Positions 25,275 through 32,000 of a DNA stretch of 32,000 nt are shown here, piece by piece. The notes beneath the pieces were generated by a model that worked only from the letters and a program-made list of their open reading frames with translations, made no database searches and had not been told where the DNA came from. A program made the position numbers and the translations under genes. Within the stretch, counting starts at the first letter, position 1, and each line of letters begins with the position of its first letter. The DNA comes from Rhizobium phage RHph_N17, in the sequence record MN988530.1. One strand, written 5' to 3'.

Positions 25275-25303
25275 GTTATCTCACAACTCGAAAGGGGTTG
25301 CAA
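25275..25303 (-). promoter_or_regulatory. Promoter candidate TTGCAA-N17-GATAAC
   Basis: Upstream of the ATG at 25245; same -35/-10 architecture and spacing as two other sites. Confidence 0.55.
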
Positions 25304-25305
25304 CC

Positions 25306-25560
25306 TCAAAAAGGTATATCGCCCAAGTCTTCATGACCCGGGCAACCGGCGACGATGACGGCGGCGGGCGGGGTCGCGTTGAACTGCTTGCAAACAGCAG
25401 GCCCCTCTGTGGTCATGTGTCGGCAGTTGGCGCAGTTCTTGAAGATCGCGGTCGGGCCGCTCGAGCACAGCCAGGTATTGAGCAATTCGCTCAGATGGTT
25501 GTTTGATGCAATGGCATCATCGGTCAGAGGCTCGCGGACGCGGAAAGGGAGGTTAGACAT
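25306..25560 (-). CDS. Small Cys-containing hypothetical protein
   Basis: From ATG 25560 (AAAAGGAACCCGAGAATG). Contains C-x2-C and other Cys (FKNCANCRHMTTEGPAVCKQF...VAGCPGH), possible metal-binding protein. Confidence 0.6.
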   Translation of the reverse strand: MSNLPFRVREPLTDDAIASNNHLSELLNTWLCSSGPTAIFKNCANCRHMTTEGPAVCKQFNATPPAAVIVAGCPGHEDLGDIPF

Positions 25561-27235
25561 TCTCGGGTTCCTTTTCAAAGAAGTGCATGAGGATTTCGGG
25601 GTACTTGCAGTTCACCCAAACGCGGATCTTGGTGGGTACTTTCAATTCTCCGATGAGTGGCAATGCTTCGTCAATCATCGTTGGGGGTTCTGAGGTATGC
25701 CTTTCCCGCCACCATTTGTGTGCTTTGTGACGGATGCTGCCCTCATGTTGCAAACAGACGTACTCGGTGAAGCGGCGGACACCACAGAAGTATGAGACTT
25801 TCAGGGAGGGGGTCTTGCCTGGCCTCGAGTGCGGCGCATAGGTGACGCTATCGACATTGAAGATCTCGACCTGGGGCTCTTCATGAACGGCGATCAGCTG
25901 CACGGTCGAAGCCTGTGGCGTGATCTTCTCTTGGAAGGTGAACGCTGCCCCGCAATTGATGCAAACTCGAGCGCTGATGTGTGCCATGCACCCGCATTCG
26001 GAACAGCACTTAATCGGGATGTCGCCCGTACCCTTGCCCTTCTTGCCAGGGATGCGCGGATCGTTGATCGGACCGAGGCGCTTAGTATTGCCAGCAAAGT
26101 CAAGCACCAGGCAGTTTTGCTTAGGCCCTGCCGCCATTGCTGCAAATCGACCCTCGACCGTCTCGAGGTCGAAAGCGTCGCCGGGGTTGAAGTAGAACGG
26201 GCGAGTGCCGCGGCCTAGGATCTGGACGTGCAACACGACCGAGCTCGTCGGGCGCAAGAGGACGATGCAGTCAAGGGCAGGAAAGTCAAACCCTTTGGTC
26301 AGGACGTCGGCGTTAACGAGCGCACGGATCTTGCCGGCCTTGAATGCCGCGATGTTTTCATCTCGGTCGCCGTCAATTGTAGGATCCATTTTCGAATGGA
26401 CGCCAGCGGCCGGAATGCCCATGTAGTTGAGCATCTTCACAATCATGCGGACGTGATCGATGCCAGTCGCGAAGATCAGCCAATGGTTGCGGCGATAGGC
26501 TTTGGACGCTGTTTCTTGCAACGCCTTCCAGGTCAAATCCTCTTTGACGACCGCGGCCTGCAATTCGTTCTCAACGAACTCCCCGCCACGCATATGCACG
26601 CCGGACACGTCGAGCTCATTGTCAGTCGGCATTGGGATGAGGGGCGAGAGGTACCCTTCATCCAGGAGGCGGTTGAAAGCGTGTAGCCCGGTTATGTCAT
26701 AGGCGACGTCCGTTAGGATGCCGCCATCCGTTATCATGCCGAGGCCGAGGCGATAGGGCGTCGCCGACAGGCCGCAAAAGATAATATTCGGATTGATCTC
26801 TTTGAGTTTAAAGAGGAATTTCTTGTAAGTCGCGTTCTCGTTCGGCGAGATCATCTGACACTCGTCAATGAAGGCGACATCTTGGTGACCGAAGTGGTCG
26901 GCGTTCTTCGCGGCAGATTGGATGCCGGCAAACGTGATCGGCTGGTAGGCAATCTTTTGTTTGAGACCTGCCGAGTAGATCCCGATAGGTGCTTGCGGCC
27001 AGGTCTTGCGCATGGCGCCGGAGTTCTGATCGACCAGCTCTTTCACGTCAACCAGGTTGATGACGCGCTGGTTTGGCGACATTTGAAAAATGGATCTGGT
27101 GATGAGCGCAGGCACGACCGATTTGCCCGTGCCCGTGGGCATGGCGATGACAGGATGCTTGTCCTGGCCCCAGTTCGCTTTAGCGAAGTCAAAGAACGCG
27201 CCTTCGGCTTCGGTTTGGTAATACCTGGGTTTCAT
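25553..27235 (-). CDS. SF2 DEAD/DEAH-type helicase with C-terminal zinc ribbon
   Basis: Walker A MPTGTGKS, DECQ box, GLSATPYR, LGRGTRPF, and CCSECGCMAHISARVCINCGAAF zinc-ribbon-like region. Confidence 0.88.
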   Translation of the reverse strand: MKPRYYQTEAEGAFFDFAKANWGQDKHPVIAMPTGTGKSVVPALITRSIFQMSPNQRVINLVDVKELVDQNSGAMRKTWPQAPIGIYSAGLKQKIAYQPITFAGIQSAAKNADHFGHQDVAFIDECQMISPNENATYKKFLFKLKEINPNIIFCGLSATPYRLGLGMITDGGILTDVAYDITGLHAFNRLLDEGYLSPLIPMPTDNELDVSGVHMRGGEFVENELQAAVVKEDLTWKALQETASKAYRRNHWLIFATGIDHVRMIVKMLNYMGIPAAGVHSKMDPTIDGDRDENIAAFKAGKIRALVNADVLTKGFDFPALDCIVLLRPTSSVVLHVQILGRGTRPFYFNPGDAFDLETVEGRFAAMAAGPKQNCLVLDFAGNTKRLGPINDPRIPGKKGKGTGDIPIKCCSECGCMAHISARVCINCGAAFTFQEKITPQASTVQLIAVHEEPQVEIFNVDSVTYAPHSRPGKTPSLKVSYFCGVRRFTEYVCLQHEGSIRHKAHKWWRERHTSEPPTMIDEALPLIGELKVPTKIRVWVNCKYPEILMHFFEKEPENV

Positions 27236-27462
27236 TTAAGTTCCGTTATCGTCAACGTTTCGAGATCGATGCGGGCGACTGGCCAGATGCTTTCGTCATC
27301 TACCTCGAACTCAATACCGACCCGCCACCATTCGCCAGCATCCGCAAACATGCGAGTGCGTTCGGCGACTTGCAGCTCGAAAGAATCGCCTCGCCGAACC
27401 TTGACGATGTACCAACCGGGTTCGATCTTCATCACCTGTTCTCCCGGATTAATTCTTCGCAA
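27232..27462 (-). CDS. Hypothetical 76 aa protein
   Basis: ATG-start ORF with 4-nt overlap with helicase gene. Confidence 0.55.
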   Translation of the reverse strand: MRRINPGEQVMKIEPGWYIVKVRRGDSFELQVAERTRMFADAGEWWRVGIEFEVDDESIWPVARIDLETLTITELK

Positions 27463-27755
27463 AGCTGCTCGATAAGCTCGACAGCTCGAGGAGAAAGGAT
27501 CTCTTCCAGTTCACGCTTCAGTTGCCAGGACCTGGGCATGAACCGCTCTTGATCCTCGTAAGCCTTGAGTTCGCCCGTATCAAGGTCGATGTTTGGGTTA
27601 GCTCTACGCCAAAGACCGTAAGCTTGGCGCTCTTCCCTTGTTGCCGAGCGGTTTAAAATCTTATTAATCTCGGTCGGGCACATTGGACGACCCCGGATAA
27701 TCGGCGGAGCGGTCATGTGAGGGCTCGGTCCCCATTGCACAGGCTTTGATTTCAT
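27432..27755 (-). CDS. Hypothetical 107 aa protein
   Basis: ORF between helicase and nuclease modules; directly after a micro-ORF stop. Confidence 0.5.
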   Translation of the reverse strand: MKSKPVQWGPSPHMTAPPIIRGRPMCPTEINKILNRSATREERQAYGLWRRANPNIDLDTGELKAYEDQERFMPRSWQLKRELEEILSPRAVELIEQLCEELIRENR

Positions 27756-27758
27756 ACG

Positions 27759-27896
27759 TCACCTGTTGAGCATCTGGAAGCAGGCATCGTGCGAGTAAAT
27801 TTGCTCGCAGCGTTCTTGAGCAGGGTCGGCAAAAGCGCCCAGGACGAAAGCGAGCAGGAAGGCGAGCGCAATCCAGAGGACGATCCATTTCACCAT
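27759..27896 (-). CDS. Micro-ORF, predicted 45 aa membrane-anchored or secreted peptide
   Basis: MVKWIVLWIALAFLLAFVLGAFADPAQERCEQIYSHDACFQMLNR with SD AAAGGAACCCCCTCCTATG; fills the gap between 27755 and 27911. Not in the supplied ORF track. Confidence 0.6.
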   Translation of the reverse strand: MVKWIVLWIALAFLLAFVLGAFADPAQERCEQIYSHDACFQMLNR

Positions 27897-27910
27897 AGGA
27901 GGGGGTTCCT

Positions 27911-28936
27911 TTAGTCGGTTATGACGCTGTAACTATCGCATCCATTCAAGATCGCGGCAACCGGGATTATCGCATTCCACTGATTGCAGCGCCACTCGCC
28001 ACCCGGGACAGGTTCGGCGAATTTGCAGTTGCGGCAATTCTTTTCGAGAGGCGCCGAATAATGGCATTGCTTCGAATAATCGCAGAACTTGCACTCATGC
28101 CAAGACGGGTGCTTACCGACACGGGCAGGTAGAGTCTTCGCATGGATTACGCGCTCGGCGCGAGCGAGCAGCTTCGGCCCCTCGGCGGGGTCATATTCAA
28201 CGACCTCGATCCAAAGGTCATCATCATTCTTGTTGACGGCGACGTAAACCGCAAACCGCAATCCTTTCTTGTGCATGTAAATTTGCATCTGCGCCCAGTG
28301 GACCGGCTTCGCGACCTTTACACGCTCTTCAACCAGCTTGCAAAACGACTTGGTGTTGTGCGTCTTGAACTCGAGCAAGAATTCCTCGCCCATCGGGATG
28401 AACTTGTTGCTTGTGCTCGAGAGCAGGGCTTCTATTGAAACCCCAACGTCCACAGGAATGTCAAAAGGTGCATCTGCGATGCCGTCAAGCGAGCCGCCGA
28501 AGTGCCCCTCAACATCCGATATCCGCCACTGCTTGAGCTCAACACCTTGCAGCTTTGCGCGACCGCGGTGGAACTCATCGTCGGTGACTTCGTCCAAAGC
28601 TTCTGAGATCTCGCCCTCATAATCCCAAGGGTAGGTAACGTAAGAATCGGATTCAGGATGATACCAAAGCGCCTCGGAATACTCGCGGACGTTCATGCCG
28701 ATCATGCGCAAGAAATTGACGAAGCGAAACTCTTCCTTGTGACCCCGCTCAAACAGACGAAGCATGCGCCCGTCGAACTTGGGTCGTACCGACCAGCGGA
28801 ATGAATACATCAATTCTCGCTCGCAGGTCTTACCGATCATTGAGCCGCCCAAGTGGTTACGAAATGGGGGTTCCTCGGCTTCTTTCGCCTTATACGCGGC
28901 GTCAATCTTTTCAACGATAACGTGCTTCAAAACCAT
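27911..28936 (-). CDS. PD-(D/E)XK superfamily nuclease (RecB/Cas4-like)
   Basis: SMIGKTCERELMYSFRW, GGSLDGI, EFLLEFKTHN, QMQIYM, plus Cys clusters CKFCDYSKQC and CRNCKF. Confidence 0.8.
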   Translation of the reverse strand: MVLKHVIVEKIDAAYKAKEAEEPPFRNHLGGSMIGKTCERELMYSFRWSVRPKFDGRMLRLFERGHKEEFRFVNFLRMIGMNVREYSEALWYHPESDSYVTYPWDYEGEISEALDEVTDDEFHRGRAKLQGVELKQWRISDVEGHFGGSLDGIADAPFDIPVDVGVSIEALLSSTSNKFIPMGEEFLLEFKTHNTKSFCKLVEERVKVAKPVHWAQMQIYMHKKGLRFAVYVAVNKNDDDLWIEVVEYDPAEGPKLLARAERVIHAKTLPARVGKHPSWHECKFCDYSKQCHYSAPLEKNCRNCKFAEPVPGGEWRCNQWNAIIPVAAILNGCDSYSVITD

Positions 28937-28951
28937 CTCGGGGTCCCTTCA

Positions 28952-28982
28952 AAGAAAAAGGGCGTCGAGTGACCGACGCCCT
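28952..28982 (-). terminator. Intrinsic terminator, leftward
   Basis: Minus strand AGGGCGTCG-GTCACT-CGACGCCCT-TTTTCTTT: 9-bp stem followed by a U-rich run. Confidence 0.7.
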
Positions 28983-29001
28983 GAGATCAAACCTGGCCGG
29001 A

Positions 29002-29520
29002 TCAGATATTCAAGTATGGGTTCGCCCCATACTTCGTCTCCGATTTGTCGCGATAGGACAGGAAGATGATTACGGCGGCGACCAGCTTGGACAGAACCAT
29101 CAGCACGAAAGTCCCGGTCGTGAAGTTCTGAATGCCGAGAAGGAAGACGGCGGTGTCAATCGGGGTCGAGACGAGTGACGAGATCATGACGCGATGATGG
29201 AACGGCTTCTTCGTGAATGAGTACAGAAGATAGTCGGCCACTTCGGATGTGATGAACGCGAGCGCCGAGGCGATAGCGACGAACGGGTCGGCGAGCAGGT
29301 AGGATGCGACGGTCGCGACAAGCATGGCGACCAGGACGTAATGCCCGGACTGGCGCTGGGCAAAGTCACGGATGACGAAGACGGCGCCGACGACAAACGC
29401 CATGGGCGACAGGAGGCCGAAGTCGGTCGGGATCAGGGGCACATGGGAAAACCCAATATTGACCAGGACGACAGATGCGACATAAAGAAGGACGGCAGGT
29501 GCAAGCAGTTTCGAAAACAT
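29002..29520 (-). CDS. yhhQ: YhhQ/VUT-family queuosine precursor transporter-like protein
   Basis: 172 aa, multiple TM segments, FVIRDFAQRQSGHYV and IASALAFITSEVADYLLYSF motifs of the VUT/YhhQ family. Confidence 0.85.
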   Translation of the reverse strand: MFSKLLAPAVLLYVASVVLVNIGFSHVPLIPTDFGLLSPMAFVVGAVFVIRDFAQRQSGHYVLVAMLVATVASYLLADPFVAIASALAFITSEVADYLLYSFTKKPFHHRVMISSLVSTPIDTAVFLLGIQNFTTGTFVLMVLSKLVAAVIIFLSYRDKSETKYGANPYLNI

Positions 29521-29639
29521 GTTCGGATGCTCCGTTGGTTGAAAATGATTCTGCGCCTTTGATTACTTTCGGTCTCGACCCGCTTGCTAGGAAGGTCCAA
29601 TCGAAAGAAGCGGTGCGCTAGACGTTCCGCTGACCTGTG

Positions 29640-29686
29640 AAAAAGTCCCTGCCGGGGCTTGGGAGTGAGGGAGGGTCCCGGCAGGG
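29640..29686 (-). terminator. Probable intrinsic terminator after the DUF669-like gene
   Basis: CCCTGCCGGG (29647-29656) with CCCGGCAGGG (29677-29686), followed on the minus strand by ACTTTTTC. Confidence 0.5.
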
Positions 29687-29726
29687 TGCTAAGGCGGGAT
29701 TGAGGGGTGACCCCGCCTAGGCTAAA

Positions 29727-30341
29727 CTACTGCTGAGCCCAAGCAGGGGCAGCAGGTGCGCCGCCACCGGCGGGCTGCTGTTGTGCCCAACCTGGCGCGG
29801 CGGCGGGTTGCGTCTGCGGCGGCTGTTGCTGCTGAACCGGCTGCTGTTGGACGGGCTGTTGCTGTGGTTGCTGAACCGGTGCTTGCGCCCAACCCGGTTG
29901 CGCGCCGGATGACGCGACGGCGCCGGAGAAGCCCGGGTCGTTGCCCTGCATGTCTTTGTAGCCCTTGACTTCGTTGGTCATCTGATCCGGGCGGTCATCG
30001 CGCGGCAGTTTCGAGACGACAGCTTGGAACGGGCGCCCATGAAGCTGAACGGTATCGGTCATGTTGAGGACGCCGGTGACGTGGCAAATCGCCGAAAGCG
30101 TCGCATAGGCAATATCAACCGCAGTCTGGTTGGCGTTGCGAATGTTGAGCCGGTCGAAGACCTTGCGGCCGGCGAACTCGCCGCCCTGCACCGTCATTTC
30201 GATCTCGATATAGGAGCCATTCCCCGCCTTGGTAGGTTTCTCCTGCGAAGCCGTGATGATGACAGGGTAAAGGCCGGACGGGATCGCCTCGAGTGCGACA
30301 TTCGGCTTGACTGTGGATGCATTGAAATTAAGAGCGACCAT
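29727..30341 (-). CDS. DUF669-like protein (probable ssDNA-binding/recombination-associated) with Q/P-rich C terminus
   Basis: From ATG 30341: ALEAIPSGLYPVIITASQEKPTKAGNGSYIEIEMTVQGGEFAGRKVFDRLNI; adjacent to a RecA/Sak4-like ATPase. Confidence 0.65.
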   Translation of the reverse strand: MVALNFNASTVKPNVALEAIPSGLYPVIITASQEKPTKAGNGSYIEIEMTVQGGEFAGRKVFDRLNIRNANQTAVDIAYATLSAICHVTGVLNMTDTVQLHGRPFQAVVSKLPRDDRPDQMTNEVKGYKDMQGNDPGFSGAVASSGAQPGWAQAPVQQPQQQPVQQQPVQQQQPPQTQPAAAPGWAQQQPAGGGAPAAPAWAQQ

Positions 30342-30420
30342 GTCGGTCAGTTCCTTCAAGTTTTGGGTTTAAGGTGCACAGTTGGGTTTCGTTGCTAACT
30401 CGTTCCAACTATTCGGGATT

Positions 30421-30446
30421 TTGCGCTGGGCTTGTGCTCAGCGCAA
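30421..30446. repeat. Intergenic hairpin after the RecA/Sak4-like gene
   Basis: TTGCGCTG/CAGCGCAA perfect 8-bp arms; little U tract. Confidence 0.4.
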
Positions 30447-30454
30447 GTGGTTTC

Positions 30455-31156
30455 TTAGGCGCCAAGAGAACCGTTAATTTTGGCGATGATGTACCCGAGA
30501 TCCGGGCGCTCGATGGGATCGAGAAGCCCCGAACGGTCCTTGGCGTCAGTCATGAAGTCGGGTTGGCAGAGGAGCCGGCGATAGGAGTTTTGTCCCGTCC
30601 CCTCGATATCCAATTGGAATACCTCGTCCGGAAAATAGGGCATCGCCTGGCCGAGCTTGTTGCCGGGCATCATCGGCACGTTCATGACGACCCCTGTGGT
30701 TTCGTTCTTCATGCGCTCCTGTTTGGCGCTCATGTAGACGTGATACCCCGGTATGTCACGAAATTCTTTGATGATCTTATGCATATCATCAATCATCTCG
30801 CCGTATGCCATGCGGCCATCTTTGACCTTGGCCTTCTTATCGGCGAGTACAACCTCGGCGATTTCCGAGATCGAGTCTAGGCACAGAGTCTGAAAGTTGT
30901 TTCGGCATTCGGCCGACGACTTCGCCCATTGATAATAGTCACGAAGATCGTTGATGTTGCGCACTTCCAGGTAGGGCAACTTATCCCGAGCCAATGTCAA
31001 AAGACCCGATTCTGCGGACATGATAATCGGGCTTGGGCAGGTGCGGCAGAGCGTCGTCTTGCCGCGGCCGGCGAGGCCATAAACGAGGATCTTGACCCCG
31101 TTCTTCGCACCGTATCCTTCGGTGGATTGGATGCGGGACATCATGCTTTGGCTCAT
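30455..31156 (-). CDS. AAA/RecA-like ATPase (Sak4-like)
   Basis: Walker A YGLAGRGKTTL, downstream CLDSISE Walker B-like segment; small 233 aa phage ATPase next to a DUF669-like gene. Confidence 0.75.
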   Translation of the reverse strand: MSQSMMSRIQSTEGYGAKNGVKILVYGLAGRGKTTLCRTCPSPIIMSAESGLLTLARDKLPYLEVRNINDLRDYYQWAKSSAECRNNFQTLCLDSISEIAEVVLADKKAKVKDGRMAYGEMIDDMHKIIKEFRDIPGYHVYMSAKQERMKNETTGVVMNVPMMPGNKLGQAMPYFPDEVFQLDIEGTGQNSYRRLLCQPDFMTDAKDRSGLLDPIERPDLGYIIAKINGSLGA

Positions 31157-31407
31157 GCTACCTTCCGGATGCGTTCGGTTTTGACCACCATGCGGCCGAG
31201 CTCGTCATAAACGGGGGTGAGACCCTCGATTTCCGACCACAAGGTGGTCGGCGACGTTGTGCCGCCGCCATTCGAGCGCAGGCCGATGAAGCCGCCACCC
31301 TTCTTGGCATAAACGTAATTGTTGCGCTCGTACCCGTCGACCTGGGTATAGACGCCGTTGGTGTTGAGAATGATAATGACGTTTTCAAGCCTGCGAAACA
31401 GCGCCAT
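31153..31407 (-). CDS. Hypothetical small protein
   Basis: From ATG 31407; ATGA overlap with the ATPase gene. Confidence 0.5.
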   Translation of the reverse strand: MALFRRLENVIIILNTNGVYTQVDGYERNNYVYAKKGGGFIGLRSNGGGTTSPTTLWSEIEGLTPVYDELGRMVVKTERIRKVA

Positions 31408-31582
31408 TTTTAGGCCTCCTGTAGTGATCGATTCCACGCTTGAGAACGTGAAGCCTGCCGTCCGGATAGGCAACACAGAATTTGTGTTCCCTCACTTCGC
31501 TAACGACTGCCGGGTTCCAGATGTACCCGTCATGCGTCGAAAAGCGCACTTCGATTTTGTCGCCGGGTGAAAGATCACGCAT
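31385..31582 (-). CDS. Hypothetical small protein
   Basis: From ATG 31582: MRDLSPGDKIEVRFSTHDGYIWNPAVVSEVREHKFCVAYPDGRLHVL; the track start 31723 lies inside the upstream gene. Confidence 0.5.
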   Translation of the reverse strand: MRDLSPGDKIEVRFSTHDGYIWNPAVVSEVREHKFCVAYPDGRLHVLKRGIDHYRRPKNGAVSQA

Positions 31583-32000
31583 TGTACTTCTTGACCTTGT
31601 CTTGGGGCCGAAGCTCGAGCTCAGGCAGGCCTGGCCTTGCGGTAAGGGCGGGTGATAGCGTAAGCCGATCTTCTTCGGAAATCTTTTCCCAGGCGCCGTC
31701 TCGGACCTTGGGAGCGAAGTCAATCACCAACTCAATGAGGGGTTTGATTGTGGGTTCTTGCAGCATGGAGGTTAACAAGGGCCGATCAACCGCCCAGTTG
31801 ATTTTCGGCTTGCCGACCAGCGCCATGCCGAAGTCGATGCGCTTGGCATTCTGAGTGCGCTCGGGCGTCGGGAACGCTGTATTGAAAATGAGGGTGCGGA
31901 GCGACCGCTCTTTGTCAACCCACACCTGGGCCTCGGCGACCTTGCGTTTCGCCTCGTCCCATTCGGTCAGCAGCTTATTGAGATCTTCGGTATTGGACAT
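31575..32000 (-). CDS. Hypothetical 141 aa phage protein
   Basis: Complete ORF with ATG ending exactly at window edge; overlaps the next gene by 8 nt. Confidence 0.55.
   Translation of the reverse strand: MSNTEDLNKLLTEWDEAKRKVAEAQVWVDKERSLRTLIFNTAFPTPERTQNAKRIDFGMALVGKPKINWAVDRPLLTSMLQEPTIKPLIELVIDFAPKVRDGAWEKISEEDRLTLSPALTARPGLPELELRPQDKVKKYNA

Noticed and set aside
27664-27888. 74 aa leftward ORF (MDRPLDCARLPARF...)
   Set aside because: It overlaps the better supported micro-ORF 27759-27896 and the 27432-27755 ORF and is Arg/Pro-rich in a shadow-ORF manner.
29560-29640. T-loop-like GGGTCGAGACC suggested a tRNA upstream of yhhQ
   Set aside because: No flanking T-stem, anticodon arm or 7-bp acceptor stem could be formed. 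A tRNAscan-SE run would confirm.
1-32000. CRISPR arrays, integrase, transposase or attachment sites
   Set aside because: No regularly spaced direct repeats, recombinase signatures or IS-like terminal repeats were seen in the window.

Overview
The window is part of a tailed (contractile-tail, myovirus-like) phage or prophage genome with two convergent halves. Bases 1 to about 12.95 kb read rightward and encode tail, baseplate and fiber proteins followed by lysis genes: a sheath-like fragment, tube, a tail assembly chaperone with an apparent programmed -1 frameshift, tape measure, baseplate proteins including a spike and a J-like protein, fibers, a GH19-like endolysin, a membrane/holin candidate and overlapping Rz/Rz1 spanins. 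From about 12.86 kb to the end, everything reads leftward: a family-B-like DNA polymerase with proofreading motifs, a clamp-like protein, an SF2 helicase, a RecB/Cas4-like nuclease, a DUF669-like protein, a RecA/Sak4-like ATPase and many small proteins. The main system is a 7-deazaguanine DNA-modification cluster: folE, queD, queC, queE, a DpdA-like transglycosylase overlapping a C5-cytosine-methyltransferase-like gene, and a YhhQ/VUT-type queuosine-precursor transporter about 6.5 kb away. The QueC-like protein lacks the usual C-terminal zinc cysteines and the QueD-like protein has altered metal-ligand positions. Other points of interest are a four-member paralogous family sharing a C-terminal RKxxV/I...G(V/I)N..TA.TQY.(K/R)W module (one member with a signal-like N terminus and a TolA/H1-like Lys/Ala/Glu tail), a repeated leftward promoter TTGCNN-N17-GATAAC, and three membrane/secreted micro-ORFs that fill gene gaps and are absent from the supplied ORF track. 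All homology calls come from reading motifs; no database search was run.
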